Below are positions 24,366 through 32,647 of a stretch of 64,000 nucleotides of DNA, in pieces. The position numbers and the translations under genes are program-made. The first letter of the stretch is position 1. Each line of letters begins with the position of its first letter. The DNA is from a virus. Its lineage: Duplodnaviria; Caudoviricetes. Below the pieces are notes generated by a model. The model had not been told where the DNA came from and ran no database searches. It was given only the letters and a program-made list of their open reading frames with translations. The stretch spans positions 11,864-75,863 of the IMG/VR virus record IMGVR_UViG_3300016265_001297; one strand, written 5' to 3'.

Positions 24366-24923
24366 TTACGCACACCCCCACGGAGAAGTACCATACATGG
24401 CTAATAGCCTGTTTGCGACTTTCATCTGCTGTCGCCATGTGGCATAACCGGCATTACTTGGCATGCCCGGATACTTAAATCCTGACCATGTTCCGTACCA
24501 GAATCCAAGACCTCCTTGAAAGGTTGGTCCTGTATGTGACCAGTTGACTCCCATATAGCCGGAGCCGGGTTGCTCGCAAATACCAATTTTTATCCACAAA
24601 TCGTGATTGTCTGGAAGAATAGATTTTTTAATCTTTTTCCAGTTAGCCTTCATAATTGTTTTATGATTTGGACCTACTGCACACATTACAATATGCCGAT
24701 GCTTTTCTTTTGCTTTATCAGGAATAAAGTAAGCGCGTCTAAATTTTTCTGCCCAAATCTTGTGGCTTTTAGCATTATAAGATACACCTTTACAAGCCGG
24801 ATGAAGCTTAGGTTTGTTTGGCTCGTCTGTATCTAAATTTTCCCCCTCAAATCCAAAACCTTCTGAAACAAAAAGTACAGAAGTTACTGCAATGGTTATT
24901 ATGAGTGTTTTAATTAGATTCAT
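24366..24923 (-). CDS. Secreted Rpf-like (resuscitation-promoting factor) transglycosylase
   Basis: Signal peptide; W..I..CE, NW, GGLGF..GTW, ATWRQQMKVANRL, PWGC. Confidence 0.8.
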   Translation of the reverse strand: MNLIKTLIITIAVTSVLFVSEGFGFEGENLDTDEPNKPKLHPACKGVSYNAKSHKIWAEKFRRAYFIPDKAKEKHRHIVMCAVGPNHKTIMKANWKKIKKSILPDNHDLWIKIGICEQPGSGYMGVNWSHTGPTFQGGLGFWYGTWSGFKYPGMPSNAGYATWRQQMKVANRLLAMYGTSPWGCA

Positions 24924-25094
24924 ATACCAACCCAATCAACAGCCTTTTCGCTACGGGACTTCGCTATCTAGTTTGCATATCAACCAGCAGGGTAGTTCTG
25001 TTGATTATTCGGGGTTTTACCTCCTTTGTCGTGATTTACACATTTCTAATAATAGTATCAAACCTATTTGGCTTGATGTGTCAATTTGGCATTA

Positions 25095-25550
25095 TTATTC
25101 TATATCACTAGCATAACAGCCATAGGTTTTGGCTGATTTGCCATTCCATATCCAAATATAGAAATAATCTCCTGTGCCTCCATACCAAAATGCCTGAACT
25201 GCATCGGCATCTGGAAATTCTGATTTAGCATAAGCAATAACTTTTTCTTTCTGTTCTCGCCTAGCCTTAATCTCTCTATTCTTTTCTAGCTTTTCTGCTT
25301 TTGCAGCAGCTATCTTTTCTTGCTTGCTCATTTCTGAAAAAGTTTCATCAACTGGAAACTGCATACCTTCTTTAATTAAGAAGTATCCGCCTCTTCCACG
25401 AAACGATTCAATAAGGTCATTTTCTTTTAGCCACTTCTTAGCGTCTTTAATCTGTCCCAAGTTTAGGCCAGTCTTTTCTTTTACGCTTGCCTCACTGATT
25501 TTTTCTCCGTGAGCAATATTTTCAAATATTTCTTTTGCGTTATTCACCAA
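25095..25550 (-). CDS. Winged-helix DNA-binding protein
   Basis: HTH-like N-terminus with a FRGRGGYF wing. Confidence 0.55.
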   Translation of the reverse strand: MVNNAKEIFENIAHGEKISEASVKEKTGLNLGQIKDAKKWLKENDLIESFRGRGGYFLIKEGMQFPVDETFSEMSKQEKIAAAKAEKLEKNREIKARREQKEKVIAYAKSEFPDADAVQAFWYGGTGDYFYIWIWNGKSAKTYGCYASDIE

Positions 25551-26172
25551 TAACTTCTTTCTTTTTTAGATAATATCTTAATCCTAACCAAGTAGGCGCT
25601 AGATAGACATTGTTCAAGTCAGTCAGCGCTTGATTGTAACTATACCACAAACCAAAAGCAACTCTCGGCTTCTTGGAATGTTCTGTGGAGCCATTCCATT
25701 TTTTCCAAGTATAGTCAGATACAAAGTCAGCAATCGTGCTTGGCCTATCGTCAATAAGATATTGACAACTTCTGATCAGCGGAATCTTGTCTCCGCTAAC
25801 ACAAAGCATTTCTCCAAAAGGAAATCCTTCATCCTTTAGCCATTGCTGAGTTGCTTCATGACAACTTTCTTGCCTGCTTGAAATATATATAATCTCATGA
25901 CCATTAGCAGAAAGCTCATTTAAAACCTCTGCTGAATTTTCATACGGCCTTTGAGACAAAATAGCTTCATCTGAATGAACTCTATGAATAGCCTCCTTTG
26001 CAAACTCAACTCCTAATGAGTCTGTCAAGCTCCGCCATTCGACAAAAGGCATGTAAGCGCCCTTTAAAATCTCTTTATCTTCATATTCAATTGCCATCTT
26101 GAAAAACTCTTCACGAATCTTGATATTGAAATCATAAAGAGTATCATCTATGTCAACTGCTACCTTAGCCAT
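25540..26172 (-). CDS. HAD-family 5'(3')-deoxyribonucleotidase-like protein
   Basis: VDIDDTL, YISSR, LIDDRP. Confidence 0.8.
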   Translation of the reverse strand: MAKVAVDIDDTLYDFNIKIREEFFKMAIEYEDKEILKGAYMPFVEWRSLTDSLGVEFAKEAIHRVHSDEAILSQRPYENSAEVLNELSANGHEIIYISSRQESCHEATQQWLKDEGFPFGEMLCVSGDKIPLIRSCQYLIDDRPSTIADFVSDYTWKKWNGSTEHSKKPRVAFGLWYSYNQALTDLNNVYLAPTWLGLRYYLKKKEVIGE

Positions 26173-26776
26173 TTTTTAACTTAAAAACAATCCTTTCTGC
26201 AAATACACTTGCAATAGATTTTAATTCTTCAACACTGCCATTGTTTTCTACAACAAAGTCAATAAGCTCTTCTGATATTCCTCGCTCTGAGTCGTGATTA
26301 TCATTGTTCGCTTCTGCTTTATTGTTTTGAATCTTAACAACTATACCACCTTTGCTTTTAACTGACTCTGCCTCATTATCAAATCTGCAATCAGTAATAA
26401 TAAGAACATCGGCATTTTGAAAGCTATTGTTCTGCCAAAAAGCGTCAATCCAAAAGTTTTCTCCAAACAATTCCCTATGTGCTTCTGTTCCATATCTTTG
26501 CAAAAATTCTCTGCCACTAATTGTATGAACTACTTTGCCATCAGCGTTTATAATCTGTAATTTATGTGCTTCTTTAAATGTATTTGCCCAAACCTCGTAA
26601 AATTTGTAATCTTCTTCTTCTGCAATCCCAAGCGATTCATAAGCAGATTCTTTCACAAACCTTGCCCAAGAACCTTCTTGGACTTTTATGCTATAGTTGT
26701 CTAACTCTTCCGCAATTAGCGAAGAAAAAGTATTTTTGCCGGAGCGCTTCGCTCCAGAAATACCAACGATAACCAT
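26165..26776 (-). CDS. Deoxynucleoside monophosphate kinase
   Basis: GAKRSGKN P-loop, REFLQRYGTE..R, ITDCRFDNE, HDSE. Confidence 0.88.
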   Translation of the reverse strand: MVIVGISGAKRSGKNTFSSLIAEELDNYSIKVQEGSWARFVKESAYESLGIAEEEDYKFYEVWANTFKEAHKLQIINADGKVVHTISGREFLQRYGTEAHRELFGENFWIDAFWQNNSFQNADVLIITDCRFDNEAESVKSKGGIVVKIQNNKAEANNDNHDSERGISEELIDFVVENNGSVEELKSIASVFAERIVFKLKNG

Positions 26777-26906
26777 GATGATGCTCTCCTTTCTTGGCTG
26801 TATTTAGAAAGATTGTATCACATAGGCTGTCGGTCAAAAAAAATTTTTTGGAATGCTGTTAACTTTGTTATAATGATATGGCAACCAAAGAAAGGAGTTT
26901 GCACTT

Positions 26907-28175
26907 ATGAAGAAAACTGAAAAGCTAGAAGGCCGCAAAGATGAAATCGCAAAGATGGTGCGTGAGAAAGGACAAGCACAAGCAGCCCGTCATTTTAATG
27001 TTTCACGCTCAACTTTTAGGGATTTCCTCTATAAGCATGACCTTCCTACTAAAAAAGACGAAAAGCTTATTCAGGACGAAGTTTCAAAAACTGCTTCTGT
27101 TGATGACCCGCTAAGACTAGCGGTTGACAAGTTGCAGCTAGAGAATAAGACACTTAAAAAAGAAAATAGTGAATATTCAAAACTATTTGCGTCTAGGCAA
27201 ATTTTCCTAGATCAAATCAGGGAAGTAATTTCTACACCAGTAGAAACTTCCACATATAAGGTAGCCCATCAGAAAAGGGGCAGGCCGGAAGAATCATGTA
27301 TTGTTCCCATTTTTGACCAGCAGTATGGTCAGCAAGTAACTAGGGAAGATACCCCCGGAGGAAGGGGAGAATACAATACTGAGATTTTCGATCAGCGCCT
27401 AGACAGATGGCTTGATGCCGCAACTGGCATTCTCGGCAAAAGAGCAAAGGGATATAACATTACAGAACTAATCATTCCTTTAGGTGGTGACCAAGTAGAA
27501 GGCGACGAAATTTTTGCTGGACAAGCTTGGCAGCTACAGATTTCTCCGCCCGAACAAGTTTGGCAGCTTTCAGAAAAGATGAAAGTGGCTATTCAAAAGC
27601 TAATTAAATTTGCCAAAGAGGAAGTAGGCGTAGAATGGATTGCTCTATATGGAGTTGACGATAATCACGGCAAGGTAGGTGGTAAAAGGTCTGGTGCTAG
27701 ACCAGCAGCCTATTCTTGGAATTGGCTATTCCAGCAAATCCTTTTTGACAAGCTTGCTGGAGAACCAATTGATGAATTCGCGGCAGACCCCGGAGGTTCA
27801 CTTTTCTTTTATTGTGCAGGCCATGAGTTTCAGCTAATTCACGGCCACCAAATTAAGGGATGGGGAGGAATTCCTTATTATGGAATCAATAAATTCGAAA
27901 GTAAATCAATCAGGCTACATAATAGGGCTTATAAGTATCTTCTTATGGGACATATTCATCAGCCTGCAGAAATCTCTAATGGAGCAGCCGAAGCAATTGT
28001 GTCTGGAGATTGGGTAGGCCCAAACAATCTTTCTGGTCAAATGGTGGCAGGCTCTAGGCCACAGCAGAAAGTTATTTTTGTGTCTGACCGATGGGGCGTT
28101 TCTAACACTGAAAGGATTTATTTCCAAGAGGCAGAAGAAGCGTTCGCAAAGACTCAAATTTTTGGTCAGCAGTAA
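26907..28175 (+). CDS. Metallophosphoesterase/nuclease with N-terminal HTH
   Basis: DQQYG, GGDQVEG, DDNHG, IHGH, MGHIHQ; ARHFNVSRST HTH. Confidence 0.8.
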   Translation: MKKTEKLEGRKDEIAKMVREKGQAQAARHFNVSRSTFRDFLYKHDLPTKKDEKLIQDEVSKTASVDDPLRLAVDKLQLENKTLKKENSEYSKLFASRQIFLDQIREVISTPVETSTYKVAHQKRGRPEESCIVPIFDQQYGQQVTREDTPGGRGEYNTEIFDQRLDRWLDAATGILGKRAKGYNITELIIPLGGDQVEGDEIFAGQAWQLQISPPEQVWQLSEKMKVAIQKLIKFAKEEVGVEWIALYGVDDNHGKVGGKRSGARPAAYSWNWLFQQILFDKLAGEPIDEFAADPGGSLFFYCAGHEFQLIHGHQIKGWGGIPYYGINKFESKSIRLHNRAYKYLLMGHIHQPAEISNGAAEAIVSGDWVGPNNLSGQMVAGSRPQQKVIFVSDRWGVSNTERIYFQEAEEAFAKTQIFGQQ

Positions 28176-28200
28176 AAAAAATAATATAAATTAACCAATG

Positions 28201-28242
28201 AAAGCCTGCAACTGTTATACTATAGTTGTAGGCTTTTGTTTT
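28201..28242 (+). terminator. Intrinsic terminator overlapping a TATACT box
   Basis: AAAGCCTGCAACT...AGTTGTAGGCTTT followed by T-run. Confidence 0.7.
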
Positions 28243-28253
28243 AAGGAGGAATA

Positions 28254-28919
28254 ATGGCTGAAAACGGAAGATTACCAAAAAGCAGCTTGTCAAGAATTTA
28301 TCATCCGAATTACGATGTATATCTAGAGAAGGAAGCAGCAGCAGCATTTAACACACTTCGTTCTTGGTCTAAAAAATGGATGAAAGTTGATTTATATCCT
28401 ACTGGTCCACGATCTGCTTACAGAAGCTATGAAGAGCAGCAATATTTTTGGAACCTTTACCAAAGTGGACAGGGAAATCTAGCAGCCTACCCCGGCACTT
28501 CTAATCACGGTTGGGGTAATGCTATTGATTTAGCAGCTTGGTCAATGAAAGTTATTTTAGATCGTTTTGGCGCAAGAGTAGGTTGGAAAAAGACCGAAGC
28601 GTTTAGCGAGTGGTGGCATTATAATTATGTAGGCGGATTTGACAGGCCTAATCCCGGCCCTAGTGCTAGGTATCCAATTGCTAAAAGAGGGTCAGGAGGT
28701 TTTGGTCAAAAATGGTATGTAAAAAAACTAGAAAGGAGACTACGAAAACTAGGCTACAAAGTTAAGTCCGATGGAAACTTCGGAATTGTTACAAAGGGAG
28801 CAGTAGAAAACTTTCAAAAGAATAAAGGCCTAAAGGTTGACGGAATTGTTGGAAAGAAAACTTGGATGGCCTTAGAAAATGCTAACCCTAGAGCCTATAA
28901 GAAGAAATACAGAAAATGA
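28254..28919 (+). CDS. Endolysin: M15 (VanY-like) peptidase plus PG-binding domain
   Basis: SAYRSYEEQ, PGTSNHGWGNAIDL, EWWHY; DGNFG..T..AV..FQ...GL..DGIVG..TW. Confidence 0.88.
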   Translation: MAENGRLPKSSLSRIYHPNYDVYLEKEAAAAFNTLRSWSKKWMKVDLYPTGPRSAYRSYEEQQYFWNLYQSGQGNLAAYPGTSNHGWGNAIDLAAWSMKVILDRFGARVGWKKTEAFSEWWHYNYVGGFDRPNPGPSARYPIAKRGSGGFGQKWYVKKLERRLRKLGYKVKSDGNFGIVTKGAVENFQKNKGLKVDGIVGKKTWMALENANPRAYKKKYRK

Positions 28920-29617
28920 ATAATTTAAAATCAATTAGAAAACAGATTAGAAAGCTAAGGGCAAGGCGAGATAGACAGATTGCTCTTTATAAGCAGACTG
29001 CTAAAGCTGGTCACGGCAAAAAGGCGTTTAGTATCAGCAAAGAAATTAAACTTCTTAGGGGTAAACTATTAAGCTTGATTACGCCTAAAGATATTAGTCC
29101 AAAAGGAGTTAAGTTTATCTCTGATTGGGAAGGATTTTTGCCTAAGCCATATAATGACCCGGTTGGATATGCAACAGTTGGTTTTGGTTATCTTTTAGGA
29201 TACCGGCCAGTTCTTCCAGCAGACAAAAAAGCTATTTGGGTAAAAGGACAAAAAATTCCCGGACAGCTAACCAAAAAAGAAGGAAGAGATTTGCTAGCAA
29301 GTCAGCTAAAGAAAATTTATGAGCCTACTGTTAAAAAGTTATTTAGTAAAGGTGGCCCTCTATATGGAAAGTTTACTCAGAATAGATATGACGCTTTAGT
29401 TAGCTTTGCATATAACTTAGGTCCGGCCTCTTTAACAGGCATTCCCGGCTTTGAAACAATGGGAAGAGCAATCAAGTCAGGGGATATACAGGCTATTGGT
29501 GACGCAATGCTTTTATACGATAAAGCTGGTGGACAAGCTCTGCTAGGCTTAACAAGAAGAAGAAAAGCTGAAAGAAGGGTATTTTTGGACGGAAACTACT
29601 CTATTGACGATATTTAA
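28916..29617 (+). CDS. Endolysin: GH24 lysozyme with a cationic N-terminal extension
   Basis: WEGF...YNDPVGYATVGFG, YDALVSFAYNLG, GLTRRRKAER. Confidence 0.88.
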   Translation: MNNLKSIRKQIRKLRARRDRQIALYKQTAKAGHGKKAFSISKEIKLLRGKLLSLITPKDISPKGVKFISDWEGFLPKPYNDPVGYATVGFGYLLGYRPVLPADKKAIWVKGQKIPGQLTKKEGRDLLASQLKKIYEPTVKKLFSKGGPLYGKFTQNRYDALVSFAYNLGPASLTGIPGFETMGRAIKSGDIQAIGDAMLLYDKAGGQALLGLTRRRKAERRVFLDGNYSIDDI

Positions 29618-29626
29618 AGGAGGCAC

Positions 29627-29815
29627 ATGAAAGTATTAGAAAGAATTCCTTTAGCATCAGTAATTACAATCCTAACAACTGCAGGAGCTTTGTACGCTCT
29701 TATTGACGGACAGATTGACTTTATTGAATTTGCCGCTGTAGTTGGTGGAGTAAGCGCTGGTAGCGGAGTGCTAGGTATGGCTCGTAACGGCGCAGGTCAC
29801 GGAGTTAGTAAGTAG
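29627..29815 (+). CDS. Holin (two TM helices)
   Basis: Small hydrophobic ORF after the lysins, SD GGAGG. Confidence 0.6.
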   Translation: MKVLERIPLASVITILTTAGALYALIDGQIDFIEFAAVVGGVSAGSGVLGMARNGAGHGVSK

Positions 29816-29903
29816 GAGAATTTAAAAGAAAACGCTCTAGGCGGTTTTCGAAAGCTACTTAGGGGGTGGTCCAAAAAATAATAGCTCTAGAGCTATATAA
29901 CAC

Positions 29904-29932
29904 AAGAAGGCCCGAGTACATCGGGTCTTTTT
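29904..29932 (+). terminator. Intrinsic terminator
   Basis: AGAAGGCCCGA-GTACA-TCGGGTCTTTT. Confidence 0.75.
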
Positions 29933-29948
29933 GTTATAAAATTTAATT

Positions 29949-30221
29949 ATGAAAAGAATATTAAAAAATTGCCCAAGATGTAATTCAAAACAATCTTTTG
30001 TCCAAAGAAAGAGAGATTGCGAAGACGGAACCTCTGAGCTTTACATAAAATGTTCCAAATGCTATTGGCTCAAAGTCACTAAAAAAGAAAATAGTAGTAT
30101 AATGTTAGAAGAGGAACAAATTAACAAGTTAAAAAAGAAGTCTCAAAAAGTGCCTAGCTTAAAAAATATTATTTCTAAAAAAAGGAAAAAGATTGGAAAG
30201 ATTAACAGAAAAGCAAACTAA
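29949..30221 (+). CDS. Zinc-ribbon protein with basic tail
   Basis: CPRC...CSKC. Confidence 0.65.
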   Translation: MKRILKNCPRCNSKQSFVQRKRDCEDGTSELYIKCSKCYWLKVTKKENSSIMLEEEQINKLKKKSQKVPSLKNIISKKRKKIGKINRKAN

Positions 30222-30420
30222 ATATGTTGCTGAGTTGGCAGAAGGAAAGTCAACAAAGCAGATTGCTTTAGATAATTCTGTAAGCCATCACACAATTAGA
30301 AATACGCTTAGAAATGCTAGGCTGCGGCTTGATTGTCCTAACTCTATTAGTTTAGTTGCCACTGCTATTTGTGAAAATATGATAGTAAAAACAGAAAGCG
30401 GGTTTTCGCCTAATATTTGA
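30193..30420 (+). CDS. LuxR/GerE-type HTH regulator
   Basis: LTEKQ..V..LAEGKSTKQIA....VS..TI.N.LRNAR.RL. Confidence 0.8.
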   Translation: MERLTEKQTKYVAELAEGKSTKQIALDNSVSHHTIRNTLRNARLRLDCPNSISLVATAICENMIVKTESGFSPNI

Positions 30421-30611
30421 TGAAAGAAAGCATACTAAATTCAGAAGGGATGATTTGTCCGAGATGCGAAGAACGCTCAAACCTACTTGACTTTAAAAAA
30501 CTTATGCAGGTAAATCAGGAGAAGTATAACACAGTTCCTATTTATAAATGTTCAAAATGCAGATATGTTTTTGCTCCCTTACCTGACCCGGTTGATTTTA
30601 TCAATAGCTGA
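30417..30611 (+). CDS. Zinc-ribbon protein
   Basis: CPRC...CSKC. Confidence 0.65.
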   Translation: MMKESILNSEGMICPRCEERSNLLDFKKLMQVNQEKYNTVPIYKCSKCRYVFAPLPDPVDFINS

Positions 30612-30681
30612 TATATACAAAATTAAAATTTTGTGGTATTATTTATATTAAGTGTATATACCTTATTAGGAGATTATTACT

Positions 30682-32214
30682 TTGTCCGAAACAATTTTAT
30701 TTGACCAAAATGAGAATGAATCAGATAACTCTTTGGGATATGAGGTTTTTATGTCCGAAGGAGATACCATTGAAACAGAAGATGGTCTTATTTGGAAAGA
30801 AGTTTTAAGAGAGGGAACTTGGTCTTATAGGCCCGGTCCCGGCCATAAACCTCTAGCTAAACCACTAAGCATTGTAGCAGGGAACTCTACCAATGAAGAT
30901 GAAATTGGTATGGCAGACCTTATTGACGCTTTTGAGGATAACGCAATTGATCACATTACAGTACCAACTAGTCATGATGATAAGCCTCATGAAAATACTG
31001 GTTATGTAAGAAAGCTACAGCAGGGAGTTAGAAATGGCCGTAAAGTTTTGATGGCTGGCCTTGAATTTACAGAGCCTGACATTAAAGAAAAGGCTATTAG
31101 GGGTTCTATTGCTAATACTTCCGCAGGAATTATTGCAGGGTATATTAATAAGCTAACCGGAAAAACATATAAATATGCACTAGGCCATATTGCTTTAACA
31201 AATAAGCCGTGGATTAGTGGCATGACCCCTTTCGGAGCAAATTCTAACTTTTCAGAGGACAACATTATTCCAGTTGCTATTGAGCTTTCATCATACATGG
31301 ATGGTGAAGATAGCCAAAGCGAAGAAGGAATGGCCGCAGAGTTTCTTGACGAGCTTCTAATGGCTTTTATGGACAAGGATTCAGAGAAACTAGCCGATAT
31401 TTTCTCAGCATTTGAAGGCAAGTGGCCTTCTGCTTGGGATAGGCCAATTTCAGAAATGCTTTATGAGGGAAGGGAAGACGATTTGAATACGCTTAGAAAA
31501 ATCGTAGATGAATTAAAGGGAGCTAAAAGCGAGACTTTTGATAAAGACTTTTTTGAGAGAATGCTTTCTAGCATGGATTTCTCAGAAGAAAATTTCGGGG
31601 AAAGCTCAGATAATGAGTCCCACGAAAACGAGGAAGAAGATGATTCTTCCGAAGATGAAGGCGCTGATTCAAGCGCTTCTAAAGACGATGAAGACAAAAA
31701 AGGAGGTAATGATATGTCTGAATCTTCAACCGAAAGCGTAGAGTCAGATAAGACTGAGCTTTCCGAAGATGTTACTACCGACCTTCTTAATGAGCATAAG
31801 GCCGAATTCTCAGAGCAGCTAGCCGAAAGGGACGCTGAGATTGAGAAACTACGGTCAGAAGTTCATGAGAACAAGGTTGATAAGAGCATTGAAGACCTAA
31901 AGGCATTGGGGTTCTCAGAGTTCCCCGGCTTCCTAAAGGCTGTTAGGGATATTTACCTAGCAGATGTTAAGGAAGCTAGCATTATCACTCTTTCAGAAGA
32001 GGATGGTTCAAGTGTTGAGCTATCAGCTTCTGAGATTGTAGATAGAATCATTAAGTCTCTCCCTACCGAAGAGCTATTTAAGCACTCTTTCTCAGATAAC
32101 ATTACCAGCATGGACGATCACGGTCGGCCCGATGTTGGTCTTTCTGATAATGAGCGTGGCGAGCGGTTGGCAGAGCATCTTGGCATTGAGTTGCCAAAGG
32201 ATGGTGATAACTAA
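30682..32214 (+). CDS. Prohead protease fused to scaffolding domain
   Basis: WKEVLREGTW, HIALTNKP motifs; acidic linker; directly before capsid genes. Confidence 0.75.
   Translation: MSETILFDQNENESDNSLGYEVFMSEGDTIETEDGLIWKEVLREGTWSYRPGPGHKPLAKPLSIVAGNSTNEDEIGMADLIDAFEDNAIDHITVPTSHDDKPHENTGYVRKLQQGVRNGRKVLMAGLEFTEPDIKEKAIRGSIANTSAGIIAGYINKLTGKTYKYALGHIALTNKPWISGMTPFGANSNFSEDNIIPVAIELSSYMDGEDSQSEEGMAAEFLDELLMAFMDKDSEKLADIFSAFEGKWPSAWDRPISEMLYEGREDDLNTLRKIVDELKGAKSETFDKDFFERMLSSMDFSEENFGESSDNESHENEEEDDSSEDEGADSSASKDDEDKKGGNDMSESSTESVESDKTELSEDVTTDLLNEHKAEFSEQLAERDAEIEKLRSEVHENKVDKSIEDLKALGFSEFPGFLKAVRDIYLADVKEASIITLSEEDGSSVELSASEIVDRIIKSLPTEELFKHSFSDNITSMDDHGRPDVGLSDNERGERLAEHLGIELPKDGDN
31714..32214 (+). 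CDS. Nested in-frame scaffolding protein
   Basis: AAGGAGGT SD before an in-frame ATG (MSESSTES). Confidence 0.6.
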   Translation: MSESSTESVESDKTELSEDVTTDLLNEHKAEFSEQLAERDAEIEKLRSEVHENKVDKSIEDLKALGFSEFPGFLKAVRDIYLADVKEASIITLSEEDGSSVELSASEIVDRIIKSLPTEELFKHSFSDNITSMDDHGRPDVGLSDNERGERLAEHLGIELPKDGDN

Positions 32215-32633
32215 TGGCTTGGAACATTCGTAAAGAATCAAAGAGTGTTAAGAAGGAAATTCTAAAGTTTCCTGCTGGTCTTGACGCGCAAGAGTCAGTA
32301 GTTCTCCGAGCTTCTGGTGCGCCTACTGTTGCATCAGCAACTGTTGGTTATGCAGGCCAGAAGGGTTATCTAGCCGGAACAATTCTAAAGAAGGTTAACC
32401 CCGGCACAGACGATAGGGTAACTAAGTACAATGGTTCAGGAGATATTGTTGGTATTCTAGCTGACAATGTTTTCTTTGACGGTGAGACAACAGACTACGA
32501 CGAGCCTATTAACATGTTCGTCCACGGCTGCGTCTTTAACAAGAATAACATCATTGACTACGCAACCTACGAGTCCGATCTTAAGAGCGATCTATACACT
32601 TGTCGCTTTGAAGATGTAAACACACAACAGTAA
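32214..32633 (+). CDS. Head decoration protein
   Basis: YLAGTIL..V, GILADNV...P.NMFVHG; between scaffold and capsid. Confidence 0.7.
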   Translation: MAWNIRKESKSVKKEILKFPAGLDAQESVVLRASGAPTVASATVGYAGQKGYLAGTILKKVNPGTDDRVTKYNGSGDIVGILADNVFFDGETTDYDEPINMFVHGCVFNKNNIIDYATYESDLKSDLYTCRFEDVNTQQ

Positions 32634-32647
32634 GGAGTCTGATTTAT

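Noticed and set aside
24924-25070. Canonical c-di-AMP (ydaO) riboswitch before rpf
   Set aside because: Only loose word matches; the GGGG-AAU, GGAG/CUCC and pseudoknot pairings are missing. Kept only as an unclassified switch candidate.
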